Positions 30,256 to 40,692 of a stretch of DNA of 64,000 bases are shown here, one piece after another. The first letter of the stretch is position 1. Each line of letters starts with the position of its first letter. Source of the stretch: Acidobacteriota bacterium (lineage in GTDB: Bacteria > Acidobacteriota > UBA6911 > RPQK01 > JADFOI01); the NCBI GenBank assembly GCA_963663035.1, contig OY760074.1, positions 928,001 through 992,000 on the forward strand. The letters are read 5' to 3'. The position numbers and the translations under genes are program-made. Under the pieces are notes generated by a model. It ran no database searches. It was not told the origin of the DNA and worked only from the letters and a program-made list of their open reading frames with translations.

Positions 30256-31091
30256 CTCCCATGGGTTCAGAACAAAGCCCGGAAATCCACAAAAGCGCTG
30301 ATGTTTCTTCACGTGCTGAACTCGCAGGCGGAGTCCGCATCGGACCCTATGCGGTCATTGGTGACGATGTCACCATCGGAGAGGGAACGGAAGTGGGTCC
30401 TCACACTGTGATCGAAGGTCCCACCATCATCGGTAAGGGAAACCGCATCATCGGTCAATCCGCCATAGGAACCATTCCTCAGGATCTCAAGTTTCAGGGT
30501 GAGAAGACTTCTCTGGCCATCGGGGATGACAATATCATCCGCGAGTTTGTCACCATTAATCGAGGGACTTCTGGTGGGGGTGGCAAGACGACCCTTGGGA
30601 GCGGGAATTTATTGATGACCGGCGTGCACATCGCCCACGACTGTCACGTGGGGCAGCGAGCCGTACTGGCCAACTCGGCTACCCTGGCTGGCCATGTCGA
30701 AGTGGCGGATGATTCGACGGTGGGTGCTTTCTCCGGTGTTCATCAGGACTGTCGGGTGGGGGTGCATGCCTTCATAGGAGGTTATTCGGTGGTCACCCGC
30801 GATGCCTTACCTTTCGTCAAAACCGTGGGCTACCGCAATCAAGCCAGGATTTACGGCATCAACAGCATCGGTCTGGAAAGGAAGAACTTTTCATCCCAAC
30901 GAATCGGAGTCCTGAAAAAGGCTTATCGGTTGCTCTTTCACAAGGGCTTGAAGCTCCGGCAGGCCATTGACCGGATTCGAGAGGAAGAACTGGAGAGCGA
31001 AGATCTGACCATCCTCATTGAGTTCATTGAAAGCTCGGGGAAGGGATTCGTGAGGAGTGTGAGCAGCAGCGGGAGCCCACGGGACTCGTGA
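30252..31091 (+). CDS. lpxA: UDP-GlcNAc acyltransferase
   Basis: [28 protein letters not shown]. Confidence 0.96.
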   Translation: MTPMGSEQSPEIHKSADVSSRAELAGGVRIGPYAVIGDDVTIGEGTEVGPHTVIEGPTIIGKGNRIIGQSAIGTIPQDLKFQGEKTSLAIGDDNIIREFVTINRGTSGGGGKTTLGSGNLLMTGVHIAHDCHVGQRAVLANSATLAGHVEVADDSTVGAFSGVHQDCRVGVHAFIGGYSVVTRDALPFVKTVGYRNQARIYGINSIGLERKNFSSQRIGVLKKAYRLLFHKGLKLRQAIDRIREEELESEDLTILIEFIESSGKGFVRSVSSSGSPRDS

Positions 31092-31945
31092 AGCTTGAAA
31101 AACTGGGACTCATAGCCGGAAATGGCCGATTCCCACTGCTGGTCCTGGAAGAAGCCCTCAAACGTGATATCAGTGTGGTGGTGGCAGCCATTCGGGAGGA
31201 AACCTCTCCCGAAATTGAAGACTTTGCTTCCCAGGATACGGTTTCCCTTCACTGGCTGGGCCTTGGTCAACTGGGGAAGTTGATCCGTCTCTTTAAGAAA
31301 GCGGGAGTCGAGAAGGTGATGATGGCCGGACAGGTCAAGCACGTTCAGATTTTTTCCCGCAAGGGGAGTGATTCTTCAAAACGCCGCGTCATCCTGCCCG
31401 ATTTGAAAATGACACGCCTGTTTATGTCTCTTCCTCAGAAGAACACCCAGGCACTGATAGGTGGAGTCATGGGAGCGCTGGAAAAGGAGGGCCTCCAGCT
31501 CATTGATTCGACCGTGCTCCTGCAGCCCCTGCTTGCCCAAGCCGGAGTCCTGACCCAGCGTGAGCCGGACAGCGAGGAGTCAAAGGATATGGAGTACGGC
31601 CGGTCTGTGGCGCGGGAGATTGCACGCCTCGATCTAGGTCAGACAGTCGTGGTAAAAGATCAGGCAGTGGTGGCCCTCGAGGCCATGGAAGGCACGGATG
31701 AAACAATTCGTCGTGCCTCTCGCCTGGTCGAAGGTGGACGCCTGACCGTGATCAAGCTCAGCCGACCGGATCAGGATATGAGATTCGATGTGCCCGTGGT
31801 CGGTCTGGATACACTTCAGGTCCTGCAGGAATGCAGGGTCTCAGCGCTTTCAATCGACGCGGGTAAGACGTTGATATTGGATCGTGAGAGCTTTATCCAG
31901 GAGGCTGATCGTCACAGCATGACGGTGGTAGCCGAGGCGGTCTAG
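31088..31945 (+). CDS. lpxI: UDP-2,3-diacylglucosamine pyrophosphatase
   Basis: GLIAGNGRFP, DLGQTVVV, EAMEGTD, QDMRFDVPVVG. Confidence 0.93.
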   Translation: MKLEKLGLIAGNGRFPLLVLEEALKRDISVVVAAIREETSPEIEDFASQDTVSLHWLGLGQLGKLIRLFKKAGVEKVMMAGQVKHVQIFSRKGSDSSKRRVILPDLKMTRLFMSLPQKNTQALIGGVMGALEKEGLQLIDSTVLLQPLLAQAGVLTQREPDSEESKDMEYGRSVAREIARLDLGQTVVVKDQAVVALEAMEGTDETIRRASRLVEGGRLTVIKLSRPDQDMRFDVPVVGLDTLQVLQECRVSALSIDAGKTLILDRESFIQEADRHSMTVVAEAV

Positions 31946-31972
31946 CCACCGTATTGATGAAACGAAGCGTTA

Positions 31973-32178
31973 ACCCGCAGTGCTCACACCAGGTCGTCAC
32001 GAAGTGGCGGAAGGGCCGGCCTGACAAGGCGCGTGAGGGGTACCCGCCACGGGTCGGCGCCCGCAAACGTACTCTTGAGTACGTTGAGGAGCCGTGGGGT
32101 ACCCGCTTGCGGGTCGTGCAACACAGTCAGGACGGATCATTGCGCCAATGCAGTAGATCGGGTGTGAGAAGTGCGGGT
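31973..32178. mobile_element. MITE family A, copy 2 (206 bp, TA duplication)
   Basis: TIRs ACCCGCAGTGCTCACACC / GGTGTGAGAAGTGCGGGT; TA at 31971-31972 and 32179-32180. Confidence 0.9.
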
Positions 32179-33121
32179 TAGGGTTGCTGTGGTGGGCGTG
32201 GGGGCTCTCGGGGAGCAGCATGCCCGAATCTACTCCGAACTTCCGGAAGCCGAGCTGGTGGCTGTGGTGGATATCGAGGAAGAGAAGGGCCGACAAGTCG
32301 CCTCCCGCTGCAACTGTCGATCCTATCAACGATATGAGGATGTCCTCGACTCAGTAGAGGCGGTCAGTCTGGCTGTCCCAACCTCGGAGCACGCTCGAAT
32401 TGGTGTGGAGTTTCTGAAACGAGATGTGCATGTTCTGGCCGAAAAGCCCATTGCTGAGGATCTGGAAGAGGCTGAGCTGCTCATCCAGGCGCAAAAAGAA
32501 AGTGGCGCCTTGCTGCAGGTGGGTCACTCGGAACGATTCAACCCAGCCCTGAAGGCCGTGAAACCTTTCATTACCCAGCCCAAATTTTTTGAAGCCCACA
32601 GGCTGGCTGTTTTTGTTCCTCGAAGCCTGGATGTGGATGTCATTCTGGATCTGATGATCCATGACCTGGATTTGATTCTCCATCTGGTGGACAGCCCGGT
32701 CCGGGAAGTCAGGGCCGTGGGAATACCCGTCTTGACCCCTCGCATCGATATTGCCAATGCGCGCCTGGAGTTTGAAAATGGCTGTGTGGCCAACGTGACC
32801 GCCAGTCGGGTATCCAGAGAGAGGATTCGGAAGCTCCGCTTTTTTCAGCCCTTCGAGTACGTGTCCATCGACTTTCTCAAGCTGGAAGTGGAGATGGTCA
32901 GTCTTCTCGATGAAGCCCCGGGAAAGCAGATTGCCCAGAGGAATTTCGAGATTGATCCAGATGAGCCGCTCAAGCTGGAGCTGCAGGCATTCCTGGGTGC
33001 CATTCAGGGTCAGAAGCCCGTTGACGGAGAACCCGTCGCCTGCTCCGGGGAAGAGGGCATGCGTGCCCTGGCGCTGGCGCTGGAAGTGAAGAGCCGCGCG
33101 CAGAGCGCGCTGGTGGCGTAG
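32171..33121 (+). CDS. Gfo/Idh/MocA family oxidoreductase
   Basis: VAVVGVGALG, HVLAEKP, GHSERFNP, DLMIHDLD; typical neighbour of lpxA/lpxI. Confidence 0.92.
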   Translation: MRVRVAVVGVGALGEQHARIYSELPEAELVAVVDIEEEKGRQVASRCNCRSYQRYEDVLDSVEAVSLAVPTSEHARIGVEFLKRDVHVLAEKPIAEDLEEAELLIQAQKESGALLQVGHSERFNPALKAVKPFITQPKFFEAHRLAVFVPRSLDVDVILDLMIHDLDLILHLVDSPVREVRAVGIPVLTPRIDIANARLEFENGCVANVTASRVSRERIRKLRFFQPFEYVSIDFLKLEVEMVSLLDEAPGKQIAQRNFEIDPDEPLKLELQAFLGAIQGQKPVDGEPVACSGEEGMRALALALEVKSRAQSALVA

Positions 33122-34345
33122 ATGAAAGGCAAAAGAGCAGGGGGACAAAGGAGCAGTAGAAGGTCTTTCTTTCTTTCTTTCTCTCTCTCTTTCTTTCTCC
33201 TGGGTTGCGGTGGTGGCAAACGACCGCCAGCCCCGATCAGGACTGGCGGTGTAAGGCCTCCCTCATCGCCGCCACCAGACAGAACTCCGTCAAGAGTCGA
33301 TCAGGCTCCCGGCATCCGCGTTCTTCTGAAAGCCAGCTTTGGGTCAGCAGCCGTGGAGGGATCAGATTTGCCTTCGCTTCAGCGCATTCAGGCGGTGGGA
33401 GACCAGATCACCTTACGAGACGGAAGAGGCCTTGTTCTGCGCTTGGGCTCGGGCTTTCGTTTGAATCCCCGCAGGGGGAGTGTGTTGAGGCTGGATGGCG
33501 TTCCCTATCAGGGCGCCATCGAGGTGTTCGTCAATCCGCTGGGAACACCTGTGATCGTCAATGAGCTGAGCCTGGAGACCTACTTGCAGGGTGTGATACC
33601 CAACGAGTTGAGCTCCGCAGGAGGGGCCCAGCTGGAAGCCATAAAAGCACTCACCATTGCGGCCCGAACCTTCGCTTTCTATAGCCTCGGCCAGAATGCG
33701 CGTCGAGGATTTGACGTGTACTCGGACAACCGTTCTCAAGTCTACCGGGGGACCAGCAGTGAGCAGCCGCTCTCCAATCAAGCGATCGACCAGACACGGG
33801 GCACGATTGCCACCTATCAGAACAAGGCGATTGTGGCCTTTTACTCCTCGACCTGCGGTGGAACCACGGAGGACTATCAGGCGGCCTTTCAGGGAGCGCG
33901 TATTCCCTACCTGGAAGGTGGAGCAGCCTGCCCGGATAGCGCCAGCCCGAGTTCTACCTGGGAAGAGCACATTGAAGTTTCTCGAATCCAGAGGAATCTT
34001 GACCGGCTGACGGGTGTGGGAAGGTTAAGAGAACTGGTCTCGCTGCGAAAAGGTCAGTGGGGCCGGACCGTGGAAATGCGCTTTGTGGGAGACCAGGGCG
34101 AGAAAGTCTTGAAGGGCCTTGATATTCGTTCTGCTTTAGGGCTGAAAAGCAGTTGGATTCTGGCTCTGGAGCCTCGCCGTGATCACTCTGGTTATATCGT
34201 GGAAATCCATGCCCGGGGGAGAGGGTGGGGACACGGAGTGGGTCTGTGCCAGATGGGAACAGTTGAGCTGGCCCGGCAGGGGTGGGGTTTCGAACGGATT
34301 CTCAAGCATTACTACAAGGGAATCGACTTGACCCGTCGCTGGTAG
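33122..34345 (+). CDS. SpoIID/LytB-domain lytic transglycosylase-like lipoprotein
   Basis: Lipobox LLGC; LETYLQGVIPNE, AART, QVYRG, SSTCGG, GWGHGVGLCQMG, ILKHYY. Confidence 0.9.
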   Translation: MKGKRAGGQRSSRRSFFLSFSLSFFLLGCGGGKRPPAPIRTGGVRPPSSPPPDRTPSRVDQAPGIRVLLKASFGSAAVEGSDLPSLQRIQAVGDQITLRDGRGLVLRLGSGFRLNPRRGSVLRLDGVPYQGAIEVFVNPLGTPVIVNELSLETYLQGVIPNELSSAGGAQLEAIKALTIAARTFAFYSLGQNARRGFDVYSDNRSQVYRGTSSEQPLSNQAIDQTRGTIATYQNKAIVAFYSSTCGGTTEDYQAAFQGARIPYLEGGAACPDSASPSSTWEEHIEVSRIQRNLDRLTGVGRLRELVSLRKGQWGRTVEMRFVGDQGEKVLKGLDIRSALGLKSSWILALEPRRDHSGYIVEIHARGRGWGHGVGLCQMGTVELARQGWGFERILKHYYKGIDLTRRW

Positions 34346-34383
34346 CTTCGTACTCCCTTTCATCATTACGGTAACGTTTGCGG

Positions 34384-35337
34384 ATGGGGCTTGCCAAGAG
34401 AGGGCTTCTCATTGCTATAGTCGGCCCAACCTCTTCGGGGAAGAGTGCACTGGCATTCAGATCCGCTCAAATCCTCAATGGCGAGATTGTCAACTGCGAT
34501 TCCGTGCAGATGTACCGGTCGATCGAGATCGGTTCCGCCAAGCCCGCCCAGGAACAAAGACGACAGGTTCCCCACCATCTGTATGATCTTTTGGATCCCG
34601 ACCAGTACTTTAGTGCCGGCCGCTATATGGTGGAGGCCAGAAGAGTCTGCCGGGAGATTGCCGATCGGGCCGGCATTCCGTTTGTTGTGGGAGGTACCGG
34701 ACTTTACCTTCGGGCGCTTCTGGAGGGAATGTTCAAGGGTCCTGGTCGTTCACAGGACATTCGAGAGCGTCTCCAGAAGATTGGCCGCCGTAAGGGATTG
34801 GACTTTTTATACCGTTTATTGTTGAAAAAGGATCCCCAGGCGGCGGAGCGGATTGAGCCCGGCGACAGCGTTCGTATTATCCGAAGTCTTGAGGTCTATC
34901 TGCTCACCGGGCGCCCTATCAGCCACTTGCAGCAGCAGCGGGAGCCTCTCGAGAACTTCTCCATCCTCAAGATTGGCTTGGAACTGCCGCGCCAGGATCT
35001 CTATGATAGAATCGACCGCCGCGTGAGCGAAATGTTTCGCCGCGGCTTGCTCGAGGAGGTCCAGGAGCTCCTGGACAAGGATTATAGTTCCGACTGTAAA
35101 GGATTTGAGACGCTCGGATATCGACACGCTCTGGCGCTGTTGAAGGGCGAGCTGAGCCAGGAGGAAGCCATCACAAGGACGCAGATCGATACTCGCCGCT
35201 ACGCCAAGCGCCAGCTGACCTGGCTTCGCCGAGAAGCCGAGGTGCATTGGATTCCAGGGCCGGGAGAAGATCTCTCCGCTCTGCAGCAGTTCTTGAAGCT
35301 GGTCGGGGCGAGGAGGCTAGCGGAGCCTGACTTATGA
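34384..35337 (+). CDS. miaA: tRNA dimethylallyltransferase
   Basis: [33 protein letters not shown]. Confidence 0.97.
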   Translation: MGLAKRGLLIAIVGPTSSGKSALAFRSAQILNGEIVNCDSVQMYRSIEIGSAKPAQEQRRQVPHHLYDLLDPDQYFSAGRYMVEARRVCREIADRAGIPFVVGGTGLYLRALLEGMFKGPGRSQDIRERLQKIGRRKGLDFLYRLLLKKDPQAAERIEPGDSVRIIRSLEVYLLTGRPISHLQQQREPLENFSILKIGLELPRQDLYDRIDRRVSEMFRRGLLEEVQELLDKDYSSDCKGFETLGYRHALALLKGELSQEEAITRTQIDTRRYAKRQLTWLRREAEVHWIPGPGEDLSALQQFLKLVGARRLAEPDL

Positions 35338-36782
35338 TGGAACTGGAACCCGTCATCGGCCTTGAAGTTCACGCTCAGCTGCTGACCAGAAGTAAGATCT
35401 TTTGTGCTTGCAGTACCCGCTTCGGCGCTCCTCCCAATTCCAATACCTGCCCGGTTTGTCTCGGTTTGCCGGGTGCACTCCCGGTGCTCAATCGCCAAGC
35501 AGTGGCCATGGCCGTCAAAGCTGGGTTGGCTTTGGGCTGTCAAATCACTCGAAAATCCATCTTTGCCCGTAAAAACTACTTTTATCCCGATCTGCCCAAA
35601 GGTTATCAGATCTCCCAGTACGATTTGCCGCTGGCCCAGGACGGCAAGATGGAAGTTCTCACCGGGAACGAAAAGAGAACTTTTGGCATTACCCGAGTGC
35701 ATCTGGAAGAGGATGCCGGGAAATCCATCCACAGATCCGGCCAAGACAGCTATGTCGACTTGAATCGAACAGGCGTTCCCTTGATCGAGATCGTCTCTGA
35801 GCCCGATTTCCGCTCCTCACAGGAGGCCTATGACTACCTGAACAATCTTCGTCGCACCTTGCTCTATCTGGGGATCTGTGACGGCAATATGGAAGAGGGA
35901 AGTCTTCGCTGTGACGCCAATGTCTCGGTGCGGCCGGCTGGCTCCTCGACCCTGGGAACGAAAACGGAAATTAAGAACCTGAACTCCTTTCGTTTTCTCC
36001 AGAAGGCTCTCGAGTACGAGATCGAAAGACAAGGGAAGGTGCTTGGCGAGGGTGGCCAAGTCGAGCAGCAAACCAGATTGTGGGACGAAGAAAATCAGAA
36101 GACCCTGCTGATGCGAAGCAAAGAAGAGGCCCATGATTACCGCTATTTCGCGGAGCCGGACCTGCTCCCGGTGGTGATTTCCCAGGAGTGGATCGAGGAA
36201 CTGAAGGGGGAAATTCCCGAGCTGCCCGAGACTCGGAGGCAGCGTTTCGTCAAAGAGTTCTCCCTCGCCGACGAGGAAGCCCTGCTCTTGACTCAAACGC
36301 GGCAATTTGCGGACTATTTTGAAAAGGCCGTCTCGACCTGCGATCAACCCAGAGCGATCTTTAACTGGATGCTGGGTGAACTGACGCGTCATCTCAAAAA
36401 GGATAATCGGGATATCACCCAGTGCCCGGTCAAGCCAGAAGATTTAGCCAACCTGATGGGTCTGATCGATCAAGGGGGGATCAGCGGAAAGATGGCCAAA
36501 CAGGTCTTCGAGGAGATGTATGAGACGGGAGAGGGTGCGGAGGCTATTATCTCCCAGGAAGGCCTTGAGCAGATCAGTGACGAGGATGAGTTAAATAGCA
36601 TCGTCAAGCGGGTCCTGGATTCCAATCCCGAGAAGGTCGAAGCCTACCGGGCGGGAAAGGAAGGGCTGTTAGGGTTTTTCATGGGACAGGTGATGAAGGA
36701 GACGCGCGGACAGGCCAATCCGCAAATGGTCAGTCAAATGCTGCAAGGCCAGCTGCAGTCACGGACGGGACAGAGTTTATGA
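35334..36782 (+). CDS. gatB: Asp/Glu-tRNA amidotransferase subunit B
   Basis: [47 protein letters not shown]. Confidence 0.98.
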   Translation: MMELEPVIGLEVHAQLLTRSKIFCACSTRFGAPPNSNTCPVCLGLPGALPVLNRQAVAMAVKAGLALGCQITRKSIFARKNYFYPDLPKGYQISQYDLPLAQDGKMEVLTGNEKRTFGITRVHLEEDAGKSIHRSGQDSYVDLNRTGVPLIEIVSEPDFRSSQEAYDYLNNLRRTLLYLGICDGNMEEGSLRCDANVSVRPAGSSTLGTKTEIKNLNSFRFLQKALEYEIERQGKVLGEGGQVEQQTRLWDEENQKTLLMRSKEEAHDYRYFAEPDLLPVVISQEWIEELKGEIPELPETRRQRFVKEFSLADEEALLLTQTRQFADYFEKAVSTCDQPRAIFNWMLGELTRHLKKDNRDITQCPVKPEDLANLMGLIDQGGISGKMAKQVFEEMYETGEGAEAIISQEGLEQISDEDELNSIVKRVLDSNPEKVEAYRAGKEGLLGFFMGQVMKETRGQANPQMVSQMLQGQLQSRTGQSL

Positions 36783-37171
36783 AAAAGTCCAAGGACAAGA
36801 GGGAAGAGCAGGAAAAGAGAATCGCCGTCATCGAAGAGGTGGCGGATAATATCTATTCCATAAAATTCATCCTGCAGAGCATCGGTTACGACGTGACCTC
36901 TGTTTCCTCGCAAGATTCCTACCAGCCCATGCTGAAGGAGTTTCGGCCCGACCTGGTCATCCTCGACATGATGATTCCCGCTGGAGGAGGCTATGAGGTA
37001 ATCCGCCAGCTGCGTAAGAGCTCTCTCAAGAAGGTTCCCATCCTGGCCATCACCGCTGAGGCCATGGAGGGAACAGAGGAAGATGTCCACCAGGCCGGTG
37101 GGCAGGATACCCTCTGCAAACCCTACACCGTAAAAGATTTAAAAAAGAAGCTCAAAAAGTGGCTGGCCTAG
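36779..37171 (+). CDS. Single-domain response regulator (CheY/DivK-like)
   Basis: [20 protein letters not shown]. Confidence 0.88.
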   Translation: MKKSKDKREEQEKRIAVIEEVADNIYSIKFILQSIGYDVTSVSSQDSYQPMLKEFRPDLVILDMMIPAGGGYEVIRQLRKSSLKKVPILAITAEAMEGTEEDVHQAGGQDTLCKPYTVKDLKKKLKKWLA

Positions 37172-37177
37172 CCGGCC

Positions 37178-37642
37178 CTACTCTGCCGCCTTGGATCGTT
37201 TGAGATAGCGGCTCAGGGCCAGGGCAGCGGGTCCAGCCAGCAGGCCGAATCCAGCCGACATGAGAACTCCGAAGGGAAAATTGGTGGCCGGAGTCAAGAT
37301 CAGTCCCTGTAGTGCCGTCACCCCTTCCCCCACTACGCCGCCTCCTTGAACACTGAAGCGGGGAGCACTCCAGCTGAAGAGGTAGGCCATGGAATAGGTC
37401 ACCAGGACCATCAGGCGAATCGAAACCGCATAGAGCGCGATCAGCTTGAGGAGGACCCGGTAGGGATGCTCCTCTCCGCTGCCTGCCAGGCGAACTGCCC
37501 AATAAACGGGAATCAGAAAAGAGAGCCAGGCCACACCCAGGATATTATTGATTGCATGGGGAGCGCCCATCTCCTCCAGAAAGATCCGCGCCCCCATGAC
37601 AACCACCGAAAAGATCAACGGCCACTTCAGTGTCTTTATCAT
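37178..37642 (-). CDS. Hypothetical integral membrane protein
   Basis: ATG 37642 after GAGGGA; about four hydrophobic segments. Confidence 0.7.
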   Translation of the reverse strand: MIKTLKWPLIFSVVVMGARIFLEEMGAPHAINNILGVAWLSFLIPVYWAVRLAGSGEEHPYRVLLKLIALYAVSIRLMVLVTYSMAYLFSWSAPRFSVQGGGVVGEGVTALQGLILTPATNFPFGVLMSAGFGLLAGPAALALSRYLKRSKAAE

Positions 37643-37737
37643 GGTGTCCCTCAATCCTACATCAGAACGATGCAAAACACAGTGTTAGATTTTGAAAGTT
37701 TAGGATTTCTCTGAGTAACTCAGTATGATCCCTGGTT

Positions 37738-39186
37738 ATGCCGCACGACCTTCGCGATTGGCTCGATAGGATCCAGTCCCTTGACCTTCTCCGCAAAGTC
37801 CGCTCTGTTGACTGGGACCAGGAGGTGGGGGCCATAGCCGATCTCAATGTAAAGAGGAACAAATACACCCTCCTGTTTGACGAAATCAAGGATTCCCCCA
37901 AGGGCTTCAGAATTCTGACAGGAGCCCTCATAGACGCCATTAGGTTATCAGTGACGCTGGGCCTGCCCGAGACACTCACCAATCTGGAGCTGGTCCAGCA
38001 CCTGAGGGAGAAGCTCGCCTCTCAGAAGAAGAATCCAGAGGGAACTTCACCGAAATGGGTGAAGAATGCTCCCCTTTTCGAAAACGCCTGGGACGGGGAT
38101 GCGATTGACCTGTTCAGGTTTCCCTCGCCCAGGTGGTTTGAAGGCGATGGCGGGAGATACATGGGGACGGGAGATGCCGTGGTGACCCGCGATCCTGAGA
38201 CGGGATGGGTGAATGTGGGTTCCTACCGGATGATGCTGCAAGACAAAAAGACGCTGTCCCTCTTTTTGGAAGGTCCCCGCCACGCCAGATTCATGCTGCA
38301 GAAATACTGGGATCAGGGGGAACCGGCACCCATCGCAGTCTCCTTCGGGCACCATCCCCTCATCATGTTGTCTGCCGGCCTGGAGGTGCCCTCCGGTGTG
38401 AGTGAGTACAACACCGCGGGAGCCCTTATGGACACGCCCTATCCAGTCGTCAAGGGTCCCCTGACGGGACTTCCCCTGCCGGCCGACAGCGAAATCGCCA
38501 TCGAGGGTTATGTCTACCAGGAGCCCAGCAGCGAGGGCCCCTTCGGGGAGTTTCTGGGGTACTACTCCAGCGGAACGACCCAGAGCCCCACGGTCAAGGT
38601 GGAGGCGGTGTATCACCGCGATGACCCCATCATGCTCGGTGCCTGTGTGGGCAAACCCCCTCACGACACCATCTACTTCCGCTGTCCCATGAGGGCGGCC
38701 ATGATCTGGGACTTCCTGGAGCAGGCTGGCGTGGATGGGATCAAGGGCGTCTGGTGCCACGAGCCGGCCTATTCGCGAGCCTTCACGGTCGTCTCCCTCC
38801 AACAGATGTTTGCCGGCCATGCCAGGATGGCTGGATACCTGGCCTGCCAGTGCAAGCCGGGGAATGTCACGGGAAAATATGTGGTGGTGGTGGATGAGGA
38901 CATAGACCCGTCCAATCTTGACGACGTGGTGTGGGCCCTCTCCTCCCGCAGCGATCCCGCCACCGGAATCGCGACCATCGGGCAGAGTCTGGGAACGCCT
39001 CTGGACCCCATTGCCGATCACAGCCCGGATAAGGACATCCTCGAGTACACCAGCTCCAGAGCCATAATCTTCGCTGTCAAACCCTTCGGGAGATTGCTGA
39101 GAAATGAGTTCCCACGAGTGGTCGAGCCCAATCAAGAGGTCAAAGCCCGGATCCTCGAACAGTGGAGCGAAATCTTCTCCGATTGA
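37738..39186 (+). CDS. UbiD-family prFMN-dependent decarboxylase
   Basis: DGGRYMGT, VNVGSYR, EIAIEG, EGPFGEFLGYY, VVVDEDIDP, TPLDP. Confidence 0.92.
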   Translation: MPHDLRDWLDRIQSLDLLRKVRSVDWDQEVGAIADLNVKRNKYTLLFDEIKDSPKGFRILTGALIDAIRLSVTLGLPETLTNLELVQHLREKLASQKKNPEGTSPKWVKNAPLFENAWDGDAIDLFRFPSPRWFEGDGGRYMGTGDAVVTRDPETGWVNVGSYRMMLQDKKTLSLFLEGPRHARFMLQKYWDQGEPAPIAVSFGHHPLIMLSAGLEVPSGVSEYNTAGALMDTPYPVVKGPLTGLPLPADSEIAIEGYVYQEPSSEGPFGEFLGYYSSGTTQSPTVKVEAVYHRDDPIMLGACVGKPPHDTIYFRCPMRAAMIWDFLEQAGVDGIKGVWCHEPAYSRAFTVVSLQQMFAGHARMAGYLACQCKPGNVTGKYVVVVDEDIDPSNLDDVVWALSSRSDPATGIATIGQSLGTPLDPIADHSPDKDILEYTSSRAIIFAVKPFGRLLRNEFPRVVEPNQEVKARILEQWSEIFSD

Positions 39187-39201
39187 GTGTGAATTTCCGA
39201 T

Positions 39202-39306
39202 CAGAGCCGTGGGCTTTAGCCCACGGGCCAGAACGTGGGAGGCACCTCAGGTGCCGAATCCAGAAATGTGTGGATTGAACGTGGGAGGCACCTCAGGTGC
39301 CGAATC
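39202..39306. repeat. REP cluster (REP-A + two REP-B)
   Basis: CAGAGCCGTGGGCTTTAGCCCACGGGCC then two GAACGTGGGAGGCACCTCAGGTGCCGAATC. Confidence 0.88.
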
Positions 39307-39334
39307 TTTTAGTTCCCAGCTGTTTCCCGAATCC

Positions 39335-40288
39335 TCATTTCACGTGCAGCCTGGTAACGGTGATGCTGTCCATATTGCCCACCCAGATGTTGGAGCCATC
39401 GAAGGCTAGAGCCCGTGGTTCTGCTCCTACGGCGAATGTCCTCACATGTGCTCCATCACTGGCTCGAAGCTGGGTCACTGTATTCTCAGCGGAATTGGGA
39501 ATCCAGATGTGGCTCCCGTCAAAGACAACCTGGGATCGAGGCCTTTCTCCCACGGCAAACTTGCCCAGGGTTACTCCATCACTGACCCGTATCTTGACCA
39601 CGGCATTGCTGCGAAAGGTCCCCACCCAGATATGTTCTCCATCGAATATCAGCCCAACTGGGGTTTGTCCCACCGCAAAGGTTTCCAGGGTAGTCCCGTC
39701 ACTGGCCAGCTTTGTGACCGTATCGCTGTCTCGATTGGACACCCAGATATCTGTTCCATCAAAGGCCACTCCAACCGGTGCCTTTCCAACGCTAAATTTT
39801 CCCAGGGTTGCGCCATCACTGGCCCGCAGTTTGGTGACGGTGTTGCCAGCCCTTTGCGTCACCCAAATATTGGTCCCGTCGGAAAGGATGCCGAAGGGCT
39901 CGCTGTCAACCGTGAATGTGCCAAGGTTCGTCCCATCACGGGCGCGCAGCTTGGTTACCGTGCCGCCGTCTCGGCTTGCCACCCAGATGTTCTCTCCATC
40001 GAAGGCCAGCCCAATCGGTGCCTCGCCCACAGGAAATTCACCCACTACAGCCCCGTCGCTGGTGCGGATTTTCGATACCTTGTGAATTGCCGAATTGCTC
40101 ACCCAAATATAGGTCCCATCGAAAGTCATCCTGGCCGGCCGGGTTCCCACGGTGAAGTCTGTGCGTGCGTCCTGCTGTTGGGCGTGCAGGTAAGATCCAG
40201 AGAAGAGCCCTAGCACAATGAGAAAAAACGTGGGAATAGAATTAGTTACAGGAAATAATATAATGTAATACTTGAAGATATACCACAC
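39335..40288 (-). CDS. Secreted YncE/YVTN-like seven-bladed beta-propeller protein (start uncertain)
   Basis: Seven ~41-aa repeats FDGxxIWV...VTKLRASDG...FxVGxxP; signal-peptide-like FFLIVLGLFSGSYLHA. Confidence 0.82.
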   Translation of the reverse strand: MWYIFKYYIILFPVTNSIPTFFLIVLGLFSGSYLHAQQQDARTDFTVGTRPARMTFDGTYIWVSNSAIHKVSKIRTSDGAVVGEFPVGEAPIGLAFDGENIWVASRDGGTVTKLRARDGTNLGTFTVDSEPFGILSDGTNIWVTQRAGNTVTKLRASDGATLGKFSVGKAPVGVAFDGTDIWVSNRDSDTVTKLASDGTTLETFAVGQTPVGLIFDGEHIWVGTFRSNAVVKIRVSDGVTLGKFAVGERPRSQVVFDGSHIWIPNSAENTVTQLRASDGAHVRTFAVGAEPRALAFDGSNIWVGNMDSITVTRLHVK

Positions 40289-40306
40289 CTCAAGTGCACG
40301 GAAGCC

Positions 40307-40393
40307 TGGTGCCGGAGGGGAGACTCGAACTCCCACGGGCCGAAGCCCACTGCGCCCTGAACGCAGCGCGTCTGCCAATTCCACCACTCCGGC
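40307..40393 (-). tRNA. tRNA-Leu (anticodon CAG)
   Basis: GCCGGAG acceptor stem, TGGTGGAATTGGCAGAC D-arm, CTGCG-TTCAGGG-CGCAG anticodon arm, long variable arm, GTTCGAGT T-loop, encoded CCA. Confidence 0.96.
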
Positions 40394-40440
40394 ACTAAAA
40401 GCTGAGTCTACAACAACCATGCCAGAAATGTGAAGCGTCC

Positions 40441-40661
40441 CCTGACAGCTGACAGATTCGGCACCTGAGGTGCCTCCCACATTCTGGCCTGTTGGCCCGT
40501 GGGCTAAAGCCCACGGCTCTGTTAGGAAGTGGCGACGAATATTCAGGCCCGTAGGCTAAAGCCCACGGCTCTGTCTGATCCTCGTCAGCTCCGACAGAGT
40601 ATTGTAGCGGCCGCTCTATGAGCGGCCTCCGTCAGAGCCGCAGGCTTTAGCCTGCGGGCCC
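40441..40661. repeat. REP cluster (REP-B, three REP-A, one GTAG-type palindrome)
   Basis: Inverted REP-B 40455-40484; REP-A 40494-40521, 40546-40573, 40633-40660; GTAGCGGCCGCTCTATGAGCGGCC 40604-40627. Confidence 0.88.
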
Positions 40662-40692
40662 TTATGGAAATACGTATTTTCTCCGAATCCAT

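Noticed and set aside
33163-33200. CT-rich tract as a phase-variation switch
   Set aside because: Imperfect repeat encoding the Phe/Leu/Ser hydrophobic core of a lipoprotein signal peptide.
37178-40307. Integrative island at tRNA-Leu with an att duplication
   Set aside because: No duplicate of the tRNA 3' end and no integrase seen.
40289-40480. N-terminal extension of the 381-aa ORF 39335..40480
   Set aside because: Overlaps tRNA-Leu and a REP; the true start must lie downstream of the tRNA.
39202-40661. CRISPR array
   Set aside because: Repeats are palindromic, in mixed orientation, irregularly spaced and dispersed across the window; no cas genes.
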